From Eubacteriales bacterium (GTDB lineage: Bacteria > Bacillota > Clostridia > Oscillospirales > CAG-272), in assembly GCA_045128515.1 (NCBI GenBank), contig JBGVRO010000052.1, positions 8,493-72,492 on the forward strand: 64,000 nt of DNA, given 5' to 3'. Made by a program: the position numbers and the translations under genes. Under the pieces are notes generated by a model. It was given only the letters and a program-made list of their open reading frames with translations, searched no databases and was not told the DNA's origin. This document shows, in pieces, positions 10,301 to 18,542 of this stretch. Positions within the stretch are counted from its first letter, which is position 1; every line of letters begins with the position of its first letter.

Positions 10301-13300
10301 CGAAGAAGGCCTCTGAACCAAGAGTTGCTACGTTGTCGGAAAGAACTACGTTAACAAGAGAGGTACACTTCTTAAATGCAGACTCGCCGATGTGCATATC
10401 CTCAACACCACCCTCGAATACGAGCTCGGTAAGCTTGGTAGCCTCAAGGAATGCATTAGCGTGGATCTTAGTAACTGTTGCAGGAACAGTAAAGCTGCCC
10501 TCATAGCTCATAGGACAAAGTACGATTTCCTTCAAATCGGCGGTCATAAGAACACCGTTAAGGCTTGTATAGTAGGATCCTGCTGCCTCCTCTATGGAAA
10601 TAGAAGTGAGATTGTCACAAGAATTAAATACCAAAGCACCGTTTGCAAGAGGAGCAATCACCTCTCCGGTGTAGGAGTTGTATGTATCAAGTCTTGCAGG
10701 AAGAACTACATTCTCAAGCTTAGCTGCATTGTCAAATGCACCTGCGCCGATAGTGAGAGGAAGAGTTCCGCCCATCTCAAATGTGATGGAGGTGAAGTAA
10801 CTGTACAGACCGTAGAATGCATTCTTGCCTATACCGAGTCTGTCGTAGGTCTCGCCGCTTACAGGATCGGTTACGGGAGCAAGGTTGGATACACTCTTAG
10901 GAATTACGAAGGAAGTGATGTAAGATGATCTAAAGCACTCCTCACCAATTGTGGTAAGACGGGAGTTCTCAATATTAGAGATTGTTACCTCAAGGCCGCT
11001 GGTAGAACAACCTGCGTAGTAGAAGGTAGACTGCTCAAGAGTAGTAAGACGAGAAGGAAGCACCACTTCTTCAAGGTAATTACAGTTAGCAAATACGTTA
11101 CCGCGATATACGTTTCTGTAGTTAGTACCCATAGACTCGTTATAACCGGTCTCTACGAAGGTATGACCAAGGAAGAGATCCTTTTCACCGTCTTCGAATA
11201 CAACCTTCTCAAGATTGGTCTTAGAGAATGCGTATGCACCGATGGTCTCAACGGATGCGGGAATAGTGATTTCGGTGAAGTAGGAAGATGCATCGTATCT
11301 GTTGTAAGTAGCGAATGCATAAGCACCGATGGACTTAAGTACAGATCCTTCTGCAAATGTAACGTCGCCGAGCTCGAAGCACTCGAAGAATGCGTAGTTA
11401 CCTATGGAAAGAACGCTTGCAGGGATCTCAATATCCTCGATATTTGTGTTGCCCTGGAATGCATAATCACCAATGGTTTCAAGCATAGAGTTCTCTACGG
11501 TGAGAGTTACCTCGGGACAGTAGTAGGTATCTCCATCCCACCAGTCCTCTTCAACGTAACCGCTGAAGCAGTATGCGCCAATGGACTTAACAGATGCGGG
11601 AACGGTAACAGAAACGTCAGCAGCGCCCCAGAAAGCATAATCGCCAAGAGTAGTAATACCCTCGTTAAGAACGATTGCATCTGCATTTACCATATAGAAT
11701 GCACTATTTCCGATAGAAACAGTATTGCTGGGAAGAGTAAGTGTTCCAAGGGATGCATTTCTGAATGCATTGTCACCAATTACAAGTGCACCGGCAGGCT
11801 CGCCTACGAACTCGATCTCATCAATAGAAGCACCGTTAAACGCATCGTTACCGATGTATGTAACAGAACCGCTGATAGTCATCTTGGTGATATTCTTAAC
11901 GTTCTGGAATACACCGTTATTAATAGTAGTAAGAGTATCGGGAGTTGCATATTCACCGGACTTGCCACTGGGGAAGAAGATGATCTCGGTCTTGTTTACG
12001 TCATAAACAACACCATCCTCAGAGGTGAAGTAGGTGGATGCAGGGTCAACGTTAACCTCGGTAAGAGAGGTACAACCTGCAAATACACCGGGGATCTTAG
12101 AAACGTTGGCAGGAAGGTTAACTGTGGTAAGAGAAGTACAGTTCTGGAATGCATTCTGACCGAACTCAAGAGTCTTGCCGTCAGCCGCAAAATCAACGGT
12201 AGAAAGATTGGAACAATCTGCAAATACAGATGCGCCCATCTTAGTCATTGTTGCGGGAACGGAGAAGCTCTCAAGAGAGGTACAGCCCATAAACGCACCC
12301 TCGCCGAGAGTTGTAAGACGGCTGCCTTCCTCAAGAGTTACTGTCTCAAGGCCGTCACAGTTTCTGAATGCGTACATACCTACGGAAAGATCGTCGAAGG
12401 AGGTACCCTTGAAGGTAACAGCCTGAAGATTGTTAAGACCGTAGAATGCACAATCGCCGATAAGAGCAAGTGAGCTGGGAAGAACAAGCTCCTCAATGTT
12501 GGTGCAACCAACGAACGCGCCTGCAGAAATATTTCTTGTGCCATCGGGAACAACGAAGGTTCCGCTTACGGATGCGGGAGCAAGAAGAAGTGTTCTGCCA
12601 TCCTTTGAGAAGAGAACGTTGTCAATAGACTTGTAGTTCTGGCTGTTGGAAGCTACAACGATAGCCTCGAGAGAGAGACATCCTTCAAATGCATTCTCAC
12701 TCTCGGTAACCTTTACGTTAGTACCGTCAAGGCTGTATCTCTGAAGCTTGATCTCTGTAAGTCTTGCAGGAAGAGTGATCTTTGCAAGCTTAGTACAGTT
12801 AAGGAATGCTCTTGTGCCAATGGTAAGAGGAGCGGATGAGCCGTCTGCTGCAACCTCAAATACCACAGAGGTAAGGTTGGAAGCATCTCTGAACGCCTCT
12901 CTACCGATAGTAGTAACCTCTGCGCTAACGATAACCTTAGAGAGCTTAGAGCCTGCAAATGCAGCCTCGGGAATCTCGGTTACGCCTGCGGGAGTATGGA
13001 AACTACCGGACTTAGCCATAGGAACGAGAGTAAGCTTGGTCTTTCCGGAAGCAAGGTTCTGAAGAAGAACACCGTCCACAGATGTGAATACGGGATCTGC
13101 TACACCGTCAACGTCGTAAACGTTGATTGCCTCGAGGGAAGAACAGCCTGCGAAGGGAGAAATAAGAGAAATCTGCTCGATAGTCTCGGGAAGATTGATA
13201 ACCTTAAGGTTAGAGCAGTTTTCAAAAGCATTACCCGAAACAAATGCTACGGGAAGGCCGCGGTAGGTCGCAGGAATAGTAACCTCGGATACGAGGCTGA

Positions 13301-15941
13301 TTCTGGGACCCTTGGAAACTGCATAAGCGTCATTACCATTGATCTTGGTAAGTGTAAAGGAAAGTGCCTCGTCTACCCAGAAGGCGTAAAGCTCCTTGCC
13401 CTCAAGATGAGTCCAGGGTGCAAGGCTCTTACCGCTTTCATCGGTGTACTGAGTACCCATACCGTAAGGAGCGGAGAACCAACCGCCGAATGCGCCTGCT
13501 ACGTCGCTTGCGGTAGGAACTACGAGCTGATAATGACCGTCAAAGGTAACCTCACCTGTTGCAGCGTCAGCAGAACCGCCAACACCGTAGTTGTAGATAA
13601 CCTCATACTTGTTTGCCTTATAGTAGGCATAGAGAACGATAGGACCATTCTCTGCGAAGAACGCATCGTCATATGCTGCGCCGTTGCTGGTTGCACCGCC
13701 GGGTACGTTATACCATGCTACGAAGGAATAACCTGCCTTCTCTGCGGAAGGAAGGGCGATAGGATCACCAACAGCTACAAACTGATCAGCAACGAAGTTA
13801 CCGCCGAGAGTGTCGAAGGTAACGCGATGAGCAACAACTGTGGTAGTAGCCCATTCGGAAACGGTCTTGCCGTCAACGAAACGAACCTTTACAACGTTCT
13901 CGCCGTTCTTGTTAAGAGTTACGGATGCAAAGTATACACCGCCCTCAGCCTTAACGATCTCTCCGTCGTTAACCTGAACCTCATAGTAATCAGCGCCGAT
14001 TACAGGAGTCCAAGTAAGTACGCCCTTGGCATAGCTTACCTTATCGTTCATCTCGTAGTAACGAGCAACAAGCACGTCGGTAGCGAGAGAGGAGTTAGCG
14101 CCAATAGCACGAACAGTTACGGAGTAGTCAACGCCCTCAACGAAGTCGATAGCATTAACAAGATCAAAGGTAGCCTCGGTAGCCTCATATGCAGTACCGT
14201 TAACGCTTACCTCATACTTCTCTGCACCGGTAACAGCGTTCCAAGAAAGAACGGTGCCGTTAAGGAGAAGATTTGCGGGAGTTTCAAGAGCAGTCTTATT
14301 GTATACGTACTCGGAAGCATCGGGAGAAACATAACCCTCGGACTTGGGGAACACCTTAACTACGATGCCACCGTCAACGGGTGCGCACTCCTTAAGGCTT
14401 ACGAAGGTCTGAGAACCGAAGTTCACGAATTCGTGATTGTGGCTTGCATTTCCGCACTTAACGGAAACCATATATCCCTCCGCAGAAGCAACCTCATTCC
14501 AGTAAAGGGTCTGAGAAGCCTCGTCAAAGCGGAAGCCACTTACGCTATCAAGAGTTCTGTTGTAAACGAATACATCAGATGTGGAAGAAGCATAACCGTC
14601 TGCAACAGCGGTAACGGTAAACTTAATACCGTCAGAGGTCATAGTACAGTTAGCAAAGTTGAAGACTCTGGACGTACCGTTGTCAAATGCAGTGTGATTG
14701 TGCTCGGGGTTGCCACACACTACTGTTACAAGGTACTTCTCTGCATGCTCAACAGTGTTGAATACAAGAACAGAGCCTACAACGTCAAACGCAGAAACCT
14801 TGGTGAGTGCCTTGTTAACGAAGTATCTAACAGTTTCAGAGTTGTTCTCTGCCCCGGAGTTAGCGAGAGCAGTAACCTTGATCTGATACTCACCCGCAGC
14901 ATAGCTGCTGAAGGGTACGTTAAGAGTTGTAGCACCGGTGGTCTCATCAATGAGAACCTCACCGTCAGGACCGATTACCTTAACGTCGTAGGATCTTGCA
15001 CCCTCAACGGTGTTCCAGGTAATGTTACCTGCAAGAACGTTAACAACGGGAGAAGCGAGCTTGCTGCCCGAAGCATCCTGAATCCAAAGTGCGTAAAGAG
15101 TTGTGTTTGCATCAAGAACCATTCCGTCCTCGTACTTGTGAGAAAGCATCTCACCGTTGAAGCTGGAGCTGAACCACCAACCACCAAAGGTGTAGCCGTC
15201 TCTCTTAAGAGAAGGAAGGTCAAAGAGCTTTCCGCCCGACGTAGGAACAGCATCAAGAGCAGCTGCGCCTTCGTAATTAGCGTCAAGCTTTACGGTAAAT
15301 TCATTACCGGTTGCGGTTTCAGCACTCCATCTTGCAAATACGGTGGTGTCACCTGTAACAGGAGCAGAACCGAATGCATAAGGAGTGGTGAATGCTGCAT
15401 CAGCATACCAACCAACGAATACAAATCCGTTACGGGTAGGATCCTGTGCAGGCTTGGATGCGCTCTTACCGTTAATAACGGTCTGAGCAGCTACCTCACT
15501 GCCACCGTCAACGTTGAAGGAAACGGTATAAGTGAGCTTTTTGAGGAAACGCATGCTTGCATTTTCAAATGTAAGAGCAATTACGTTACCCTCGTAGGTT
15601 GCGGTCACGTTTTCGACGCCCTCTGCATTAAAGTCGAGCTCAAGAGCACTGTCGGTAAGAGTATACTTACCGGAGTGGAGCACGCCCTTTACGTAAAGGG
15701 AGAAGGTATCACCGACATTAAGCGTCAGTGTATTTTCGTAGTTTACATCATCAAAGTAGTAAACTCCGGCTTCAGGCCATGAGGTCTTAGTCGGTTCATT
15801 CTCATCAGGAGTCTTGTTAGCATTAACAGCGATGCAGATACCTGTAATGATACAAGCAAGTGCAAGAACCGATGCCAAGATAATGATGAGAAGCTTCTTG
15901 TTAGCCTTAATGAAGCTAACAATTTGTTCCTTAGTTACCAT
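7347..15941 (-). CDS. Giant (2864 aa) N-terminally anchored cell-surface protein: Flg_new repeats + five Fn3-like modules + about 1750 aa of BspA-type LRR + a C-terminal PPC-like domain
   Basis: Single uninterrupted ORF with GGAGG 8 nt before the ATG. N-terminal TM LLIIILASVLALACIITGICIAV. Listeria-Bacteroides repeats (NGFVFVGWYADAAFTTPY, GYSFVAWYNVPGG, GYYFLGWYDNAEF). Fn3-like modules (ITWNTVEGARSYDVKV, LSWNAVTGAEKYEVSV, LTWTPVIGADYYEVQV). Dozens of LRR_5-like units (IPxSVxxIGxxAFxxCxSLxxI). The last 110 aa or so resemble a pre-peptidase C-terminal domain. No LPXTG. Confidence 0.9.
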   Translation of the reverse strand: MVTKEQIVSFIKANKKLLIIILASVLALACIITGICIAVNANKTPDENEPTKTSWPEAGVYYFDDVNYENTLTLNVGDTFSLYVKGVLHSGKYTLTDSALELDFNAEGVENVTATYEGNVIALTFENASMRFLKKLTYTVSFNVDGGSEVAAQTVINGKSASKPAQDPTRNGFVFVGWYADAAFTTPYAFGSAPVTGDTTVFARWSAETATGNEFTVKLDANYEGAAALDAVPTSGGKLFDLPSLKRDGYTFGGWWFSSSFNGEMLSHKYEDGMVLDANTTLYALWIQDASGSKLASPVVNVLAGNITWNTVEGARSYDVKVIGPDGEVLIDETTGATTLNVPFSSYAAGEYQIKVTALANSGAENNSETVRYFVNKALTKVSAFDVVGSVLVFNTVEHAEKYLVTVVCGNPEHNHTAFDNGTSRVFNFANCTMTSDGIKFTVTAVADGYASSTSDVFVYNRTLDSVSGFRFDEASQTLYWNEVASAEGYMVSVKCGNASHNHEFVNFGSQTFVSLKECAPVDGGIVVKVFPKSEGYVSPDASEYVYNKTALETPANLLLNGTVLSWNAVTGAEKYEVSVNGTAYEATEATFDLVNAIDFVEGVDYSVTVRAIGANSSLATDVLVARYYEMNDKVSYAKGVLTWTPVIGADYYEVQVNDGEIVKAEGGVYFASVTLNKNGENVVKVRFVDGKTVSEWATTTVVAHRVTFDTLGGNFVADQFVAVGDPIALPSAEKAGYSFVAWYNVPGGATSNGAAYDDAFFAENGPIVLYAYYKANKYEVIYNYGVGGSADAATGEVTFDGHYQLVVPTASDVAGAFGGWFSAPYGMGTQYTDESGKSLAPWTHLEGKELYAFWVDEALSFTLTKINGNDAYAVSKGPRISLVSEVTIPATYRGLPVAFVSGNAFENCSNLKVINLPETIEQISLISPFAGCSSLEAINVYDVDGVADPVFTSVDGVLLQNLASGKTKLTLVPMAKSGSFHTPAGVTEIPEAAFAGSKLSKVIVSAEVTTIGREAFRDASNLTSVVFEVAADGSSAPLTIGTRAFLNCTKLAKITLPARLTEIKLQRYSLDGTNVKVTESENAFEGCLSLEAIVVASNSQNYKSIDNVLFSKDGRTLLLAPASVSGTFVVPDGTRNISAGAFVGCTNIEELVLPSSLALIGDCAFYGLNNLQAVTFKGTSFDDLSVGMYAFRNCDGLETVTLEEGSRLTTLGEGAFMGCTSLESFSVPATMTKMGASVFADCSNLSTVDFAADGKTLEFGQNAFQNCTSLTTVNLPANVSKIPGVFAGCTSLTEVNVDPASTYFTSEDGVVYDVNKTEIIFFPSGKSGEYATPDTLTTINNGVFQNVKNITKMTISGSVTYIGNDAFNGASIDEIEFVGEPAGALVIGDNAFRNASLGTLTLPSNTVSIGNSAFYMVNADAIVLNEGITTLGDYAFWGAADVSVTVPASVKSIGAYCFSGYVEEDWWDGDTYYCPEVTLTVENSMLETIGDYAFQGNTNIEDIEIPASVLSIGNYAFFECFELGDVTFAEGSVLKSIGAYAFATYNRYDASSYFTEITIPASVETIGAYAFSKTNLEKVVFEDGEKDLFLGHTFVETGYNESMGTNYRNVYRGNVFANCNYLEEVVLPSRLTTLEQSTFYYAGCSTSGLEVTISNIENSRLTTIGEECFRSSYITSFVIPKSVSNLAPVTDPVSGETYDRLGIGKNAFYGLYSYFTSITFEMGGTLPLTIGAGAFDNAAKLENVVLPARLDTYNSYTGEVIAPLANGALVFNSCDNLTSISIEEAAGSYYTSLNGVLMTADLKEIVLCPMSYEGSFTVPATVTKIHANAFLEATKLTELVFEGGVEDMHIGESAFKKCTSLVNVVLSDNVATLGSEAFFGCTSLESLTLSKSLTNFTSSVVSNCTKLAAINVSSDGNGEYYSSANGILYNADKSSLITYPLAKTDAEVVVDSNVKSIHASAFANNEYIVTVILPEGLVEIQDNAFDFCYGLTTVNIPSTVQKIGNNAFRYCEDLETINFAEGGDDLLIIGNYAFAYTYSLETLALTNRVYSIGNNAFNDSGVANLTFGENSALVEIGDYAFYSTDLIQLDIPAGVVEIGRLAFYECADLLEITFGEGLISIGDNAFAGCSKLISVSFPASLKTLGASVFYYYEYDEYKCSSLESVTFAPNSQLEYIPAGTFAYTALKTFTVPAGAKYIEGVESSSYRNPSVFYEVSTLEAVYFENGSLCTEIGAYAFEDCSNLQTIEIPGTVSNIGDYAFRYCRSLESITIPENTVNLGKGAFWGCESLSEVELRTKATALPDSFFFGCSSLADITLPAAVSSLGSDCFSDTALESFKVDPRNTFFKAVDGILYTADGTGIVMVPAAKNIGDFVVPNTVTSINDKLFEDNQTITSLTFEGGRTEYISVGRMAFADCSNLSKVVFTEKISYIDEEAFYYCTSLNIVELASDMTEEMFGYDCFYNCNIFEIKNLSSMDLKSGDYKCEGLTDNALHIYSEGESKISSENGFTLMDVDDEVYLLSYNGNETTVTVPEGVTFIYTQAFNNSEVTKLILSSTVKEIGAYAFYDNYDIKEVVANEGLEKIGYQAFRYSSLTTINIPSTVTSVGEQAFNGSNLTGTVAIGENLTTIGYRAFYTSYPITFVVTVAEALPDWDSSWYRSGSGYGTVLWGFTGEEITYTFETNGGSAVESITSGMPITIPAGPTLEGYYFLGWYDNAEFDGEAITGTYYSSSKTTFYAKWLSADEFEALYAGTAPEYAIEAVNGVTFTIADNTSSSNVYTYLKVTATEDVTLTITTASGDDTVIRIYDNASDANGASYNYIKSKDSGNDETLTYEFYAGKTYYIVTYAYNGSFTGEITTTVTVG
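8022..13289 (-). repeat. Protein-level BspA-type (LRR_5) leucine-rich repeat array inside the 2864-aa gene
   Basis: Recurring units of about 23-25 aa such as LxSITIPxSVxSIGxYAFxxCxSL, from about aa 885 to 2640. The copies have diverged at the DNA level; I could not see long identical nucleotide repeats. Confidence 0.7.
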
Positions 15942-15993
15942 AATGGAAACCTCCTAAATCATTTGTGAAACTGTATACATTAGCTTTTCTAAA

Positions 15994-16032
15994 CCTAAGA
16001 CTGCTCTGCCCCAAGCGCTAAACAGTCTTGGG
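15994..16032 (-). terminator. Weak hairpin between the Opp operon and the giant LRR gene (possible partial terminator)
   Basis: Minus strand reads CCCAAGACTG-19 nt-CAGTCTTAGG (7 perfect bp plus 2 after a mismatch), followed by TTTAGAAAAG. The U tract is poor, so read-through into the LRR gene is plausible. Confidence 0.3.
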
Positions 16033-16040
16033 TAAATATA

Positions 16041-16310
16041 TTATCTAAGAAAAAGGTACATCAACAATGCAGCGACCGAGAAAGCACCAACGCATATGAG
16101 CAATATGAGACCGTAAACTGAAAATGCTGCTCTCATCATAGCCAAACGTTCTCTTGCCGTAGCAGATATGCGGTTCTTTCTCTTCTTGTCATATTCCTCC
16201 TGCTCCTCGGGGGTTCTACCCTCGAGGGCAGCCATAGAATATATCGTATCGCCCTTGTCCTCAAGATAAACAATTTTAACTTTCTTCTTTTTCTGCATCT
16301 TATTACTCAT
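16041..16310 (-). CDS. Small (89 aa) K/E-rich protein with one C-terminal TM helix, coupled to the Opp ATPase gene
   Basis: The ORF overlaps the upstream ATPase stop by 8 nt (ATGAGTAA). Charged N-terminal half and C-terminal helix VYGLILLICVGAFSVAALLMYLF. No clear SD, so the coding status is uncertain. Confidence 0.4.
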   Translation of the reverse strand: MSNKMQKKKKVKIVYLEDKGDTIYSMAALEGRTPEEQEEYDKKRKNRISATARERLAMMRAAFSVYGLILLICVGAFSVAALLMYLFLR

Positions 16311-17361
16311 TTTCAGTATAAAGATGGCAGTTTACGAAGTGTCCGTTTCCGATATCCGTCATAACAGGTGCAACCTCACGGCACTTATCGGTGCAATGCT
16401 TGCATCTGGTGTGGAACTTACAGCCCTTAGGAGGATTTGCGGGGCTGGGAAGCTCTCCCTCGAGAGCTACGGGATCGGACTTTGCGTGGGGGTTAGCCAC
16501 GGGTACTGCCGAGAAGAGCGCCTGAGTGTAAGGATGCTTTGCATTGTTGCAAATTTCCTTTGCAGTGCCCATCTCAACGATATTGCCAAGATACATTACC
16601 GCGATATCGTCGGAAATGTATTTAACAACGGAAAGGTCGTGGGAAATGAATATGTAAGACATTCCCTCCTCGCGCTGGAGCTTCTTAAGAAGGTTAATGA
16701 TCTGCGCCTGAATAGAAACGTCAAGTGCGGATACAGGCTCGTCACAAATAACAAGCTTAGGCTTAACCGCAAGAGCTCTTGCAATACAGATTCTCTGACG
16801 CTGACCGCCCGAGAACTCGTGGGGGTATCTATCGTAGTGGTGGGGCTGAAGTCCGCATCTTGCCATTACGTTTCTTACGTAATCACTGATCTCGGAATCC
16901 GGCACAATCTTATGTACCTTTACAGCCTCGCCGATAATAGAACCAACGGTCATTCTGGGAGGAAGCGAGGAATAGGGATCCTGGAACACAAGCTGAAGCT
17001 CTGTTCTGAGATCGTAAAATTCCTTCTTGGATATCTTGGCAAGATCGTAGGTAGTCTTTTCTCCATTCTCATTAACCGAGGTATATTTTGCACTTCCCTC
17101 AGTAACGTCATAAAGGCGGAGAATGGTTCTGCCGAGAGTGGTCTTACCACATCCCGACTCACCAACGACACCAAGAGTTCTGCCTCTCTCAAGCTTAAAG
17201 GACACACCGTCAACGGCGCGAAGATAAGCAAGTGGCTTGCCAAAGAAGTTGGTTGCTACGGGGAAATACTGCTTCAAACCGTCTACCTCAAGGATATAAT
17301 CCTTTTCCTCATTCTCGTTAGGCGCGCTCTGAAGGTTATCAAGAAGCTTTTCTTCCATCAA
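16303..17361 (-). CDS. Oligopeptide/dipeptide ABC transporter ATP-binding protein (OppF/DppF-type)
   Basis: Walker [10 protein letters not shown], signature [15 protein letters not shown], Walker [13 protein letters not shown], and the C-terminal oligopeptide-transporter extension [12 protein letters not shown]…CKFHTRC. Confidence 0.9.
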   Translation of the reverse strand: MMEEKLLDNLQSAPNENEEKDYILEVDGLKQYFPVATNFFGKPLAYLRAVDGVSFKLERGRTLGVVGESGCGKTTLGRTILRLYDVTEGSAKYTSVNENGEKTTYDLAKISKKEFYDLRTELQLVFQDPYSSLPPRMTVGSIIGEAVKVHKIVPDSEISDYVRNVMARCGLQPHHYDRYPHEFSGGQRQRICIARALAVKPKLVICDEPVSALDVSIQAQIINLLKKLQREEGMSYIFISHDLSVVKYISDDIAVMYLGNIVEMGTAKEICNNAKHPYTQALFSAVPVANPHAKSDPVALEGELPSPANPPKGCKFHTRCKHCTDKCREVAPVMTDIGNGHFVNCHLYTENE

Positions 17362-18542
17362 TTATCTCCCCCCTTCTCCTCACACAAGTGACAGAATACA
17401 CTGTGAGTAGGTGATATCTTAATTTCTCTCGGGTAACTCTTGCCCTCACACTCAGCACATCTCATGTCGCATCTGCCCTTAAACAGACACTCATCGGGAA
17501 TGTTGATGGGATTGGGAACGTTACCGGGAATACTGTATAACTCCTCTGCCGCATCAGAAGCAAGCGAAGGCTTAGCCTTCTGAATACCTCTGGTGTAAGG
17601 ATGCATAGGATTATCGAATATTTCATATACGGTTCCCTTCTCTACTATCTTACCCGCATACATAACTACAACGTAGTCAGCCATCTCGGCAACAACACCG
17701 AGGTCGTGGGTAATAAGCATAATAGAAGCACCGCACTCAGCCTGAACCTTTTTAAGAAGCTTAAGGATCTGGCTCTGGATAGTAACGTCGAGAGCCGTGG
17801 TAGGCTCGTCGGCAATAATAAGCTTGGGATTACCCGTAAGAGCGATAGCGATCATTACTCTCTGTCTCATACCGCCGGAAAGCTGGTGAGGATAGTAATC
17901 TACCATCGTCTCGGGCATGGGAATACCTACCATAGAAAGCATCTCGATAGCCTTTGCTCTCGCCTCTTCCTTCGTTGCCTCGGGATTGTTGAGATAGAAG
18001 ACCTCCTCGATCTGATATCCTACGGTAAATACGGGGTTAAGCGAGGTCATAGGCTCCTGGAATATCATAGAGATATCCTTACCTCTGATTCGGCACATAT
18101 CAAGAGTAGGCATCTTTGTGATGTCGTAACACAGATCACGTCCCTCATCGTCCTGACCGAGCTCGATGGAATTGAACTTGATCTTTCCTCCGACAACCTG
18201 TCCCTGGGGAGCCTGAACAAGCTGCATAATGGAAAGGCTTGTTACACTCTTACCGCAGCCCGACTCACCAACAAGACCCACAATAGAGTCCTTGGGAACC
18301 TCGAAGGAAATATTATTTACCGAGCGGACAACACCGTTGTCTGTGTAGAAGAATGTTTCAAGATTCTCTACCTCAAGCACGTTATCGTTAGAGCTCATAA
18401 CGGTTGTGAACTGCTCGGGGGTGCGCTTCTCGCGCTTGATCTTCTCAAGACGCTTCATCTCGCGAAGATTGCTCTTTATGATCTCACGGCTCTCCTTGAG
18501 GCTGAGAAGATTAGGATTCTTATTTTTCTTACTCATTTTCAT
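17358..18542 (-). CDS. Oligopeptide/dipeptide ABC transporter ATP-binding protein (OppD/DppD-type) with a K/E-rich N-terminal extension
   Basis: Walker A GESGCGKSV, signature LSGGMRQRVMIAIAL, Walker B LIIADEPTTALD, HPYTRGI, and a C-terminal Cys cluster. The first 45 aa or so (MKMSKKNKNPNLLSLKESREIIKSNLREMKRLEKIKREKR) are extra relative to typical OppD. Confidence 0.9.
   Translation of the reverse strand: MKMSKKNKNPNLLSLKESREIIKSNLREMKRLEKIKREKRTPEQFTTVMSSNDNVLEVENLETFFYTDNGVVRSVNNISFEVPKDSIVGLVGESGCGKSVTSLSIMQLVQAPQGQVVGGKIKFNSIELGQDDEGRDLCYDITKMPTLDMCRIRGKDISMIFQEPMTSLNPVFTVGYQIEEVFYLNNPEATKEEARAKAIEMLSMVGIPMPETMVDYYPHQLSGGMRQRVMIAIALTGNPKLIIADEPTTALDVTIQSQILKLLKKVQAECGASIMLITHDLGVVAEMADYVVVMYAGKIVEKGTVYEIFDNPMHPYTRGIQKAKPSLASDAAEELYSIPGNVPNPINIPDECLFKGRCDMRCAECEGKSYPREIKISPTHSVFCHLCEEKGGDN

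Noticed and set aside
8022-13289. Periodic sequence that might have been a DNA-level tandem repeat or CRISPR-like array.
   Set aside because: The periodicity is at the protein level (diverged LRR units of about 70 nt inside one continuous ORF). There are no identical direct repeats with unique spacers.
14307-14804. HNH strings (…PEHNHT…, …ASHNHE…) as a possible HNH nuclease domain inside the LRR giant.
   Set aside because: They sit in extracellular Fn3-like modules, lack the beta-beta-alpha-metal spacing and the flanking Cys/His pairs of HNH nucleases, and occur in a secreted adhesin context.
12996-15782. Very long plus-strand ORFs antisense to real genes: 928 aa here, and also 8460..9692, 11163..12473, 21321..23336, 25078..26646, 28063..28800, 29128..30105, 34889..36565, 38374..39828, 42841..44577 and 4832..5950.
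   Set aside because: Their translations are low-information (rich in C, V, N, K, L, S, with no motifs, no SD and no sensible starts). Each lies exactly opposite a gene with strong family motifs such as SecA, GlnA, MoxR or the LRR giants. The sense strands avoid the codons TTA, CTA and TCA, which removes stops from the antisense frame. This is a codon-bias artefact, not overlapping genes.
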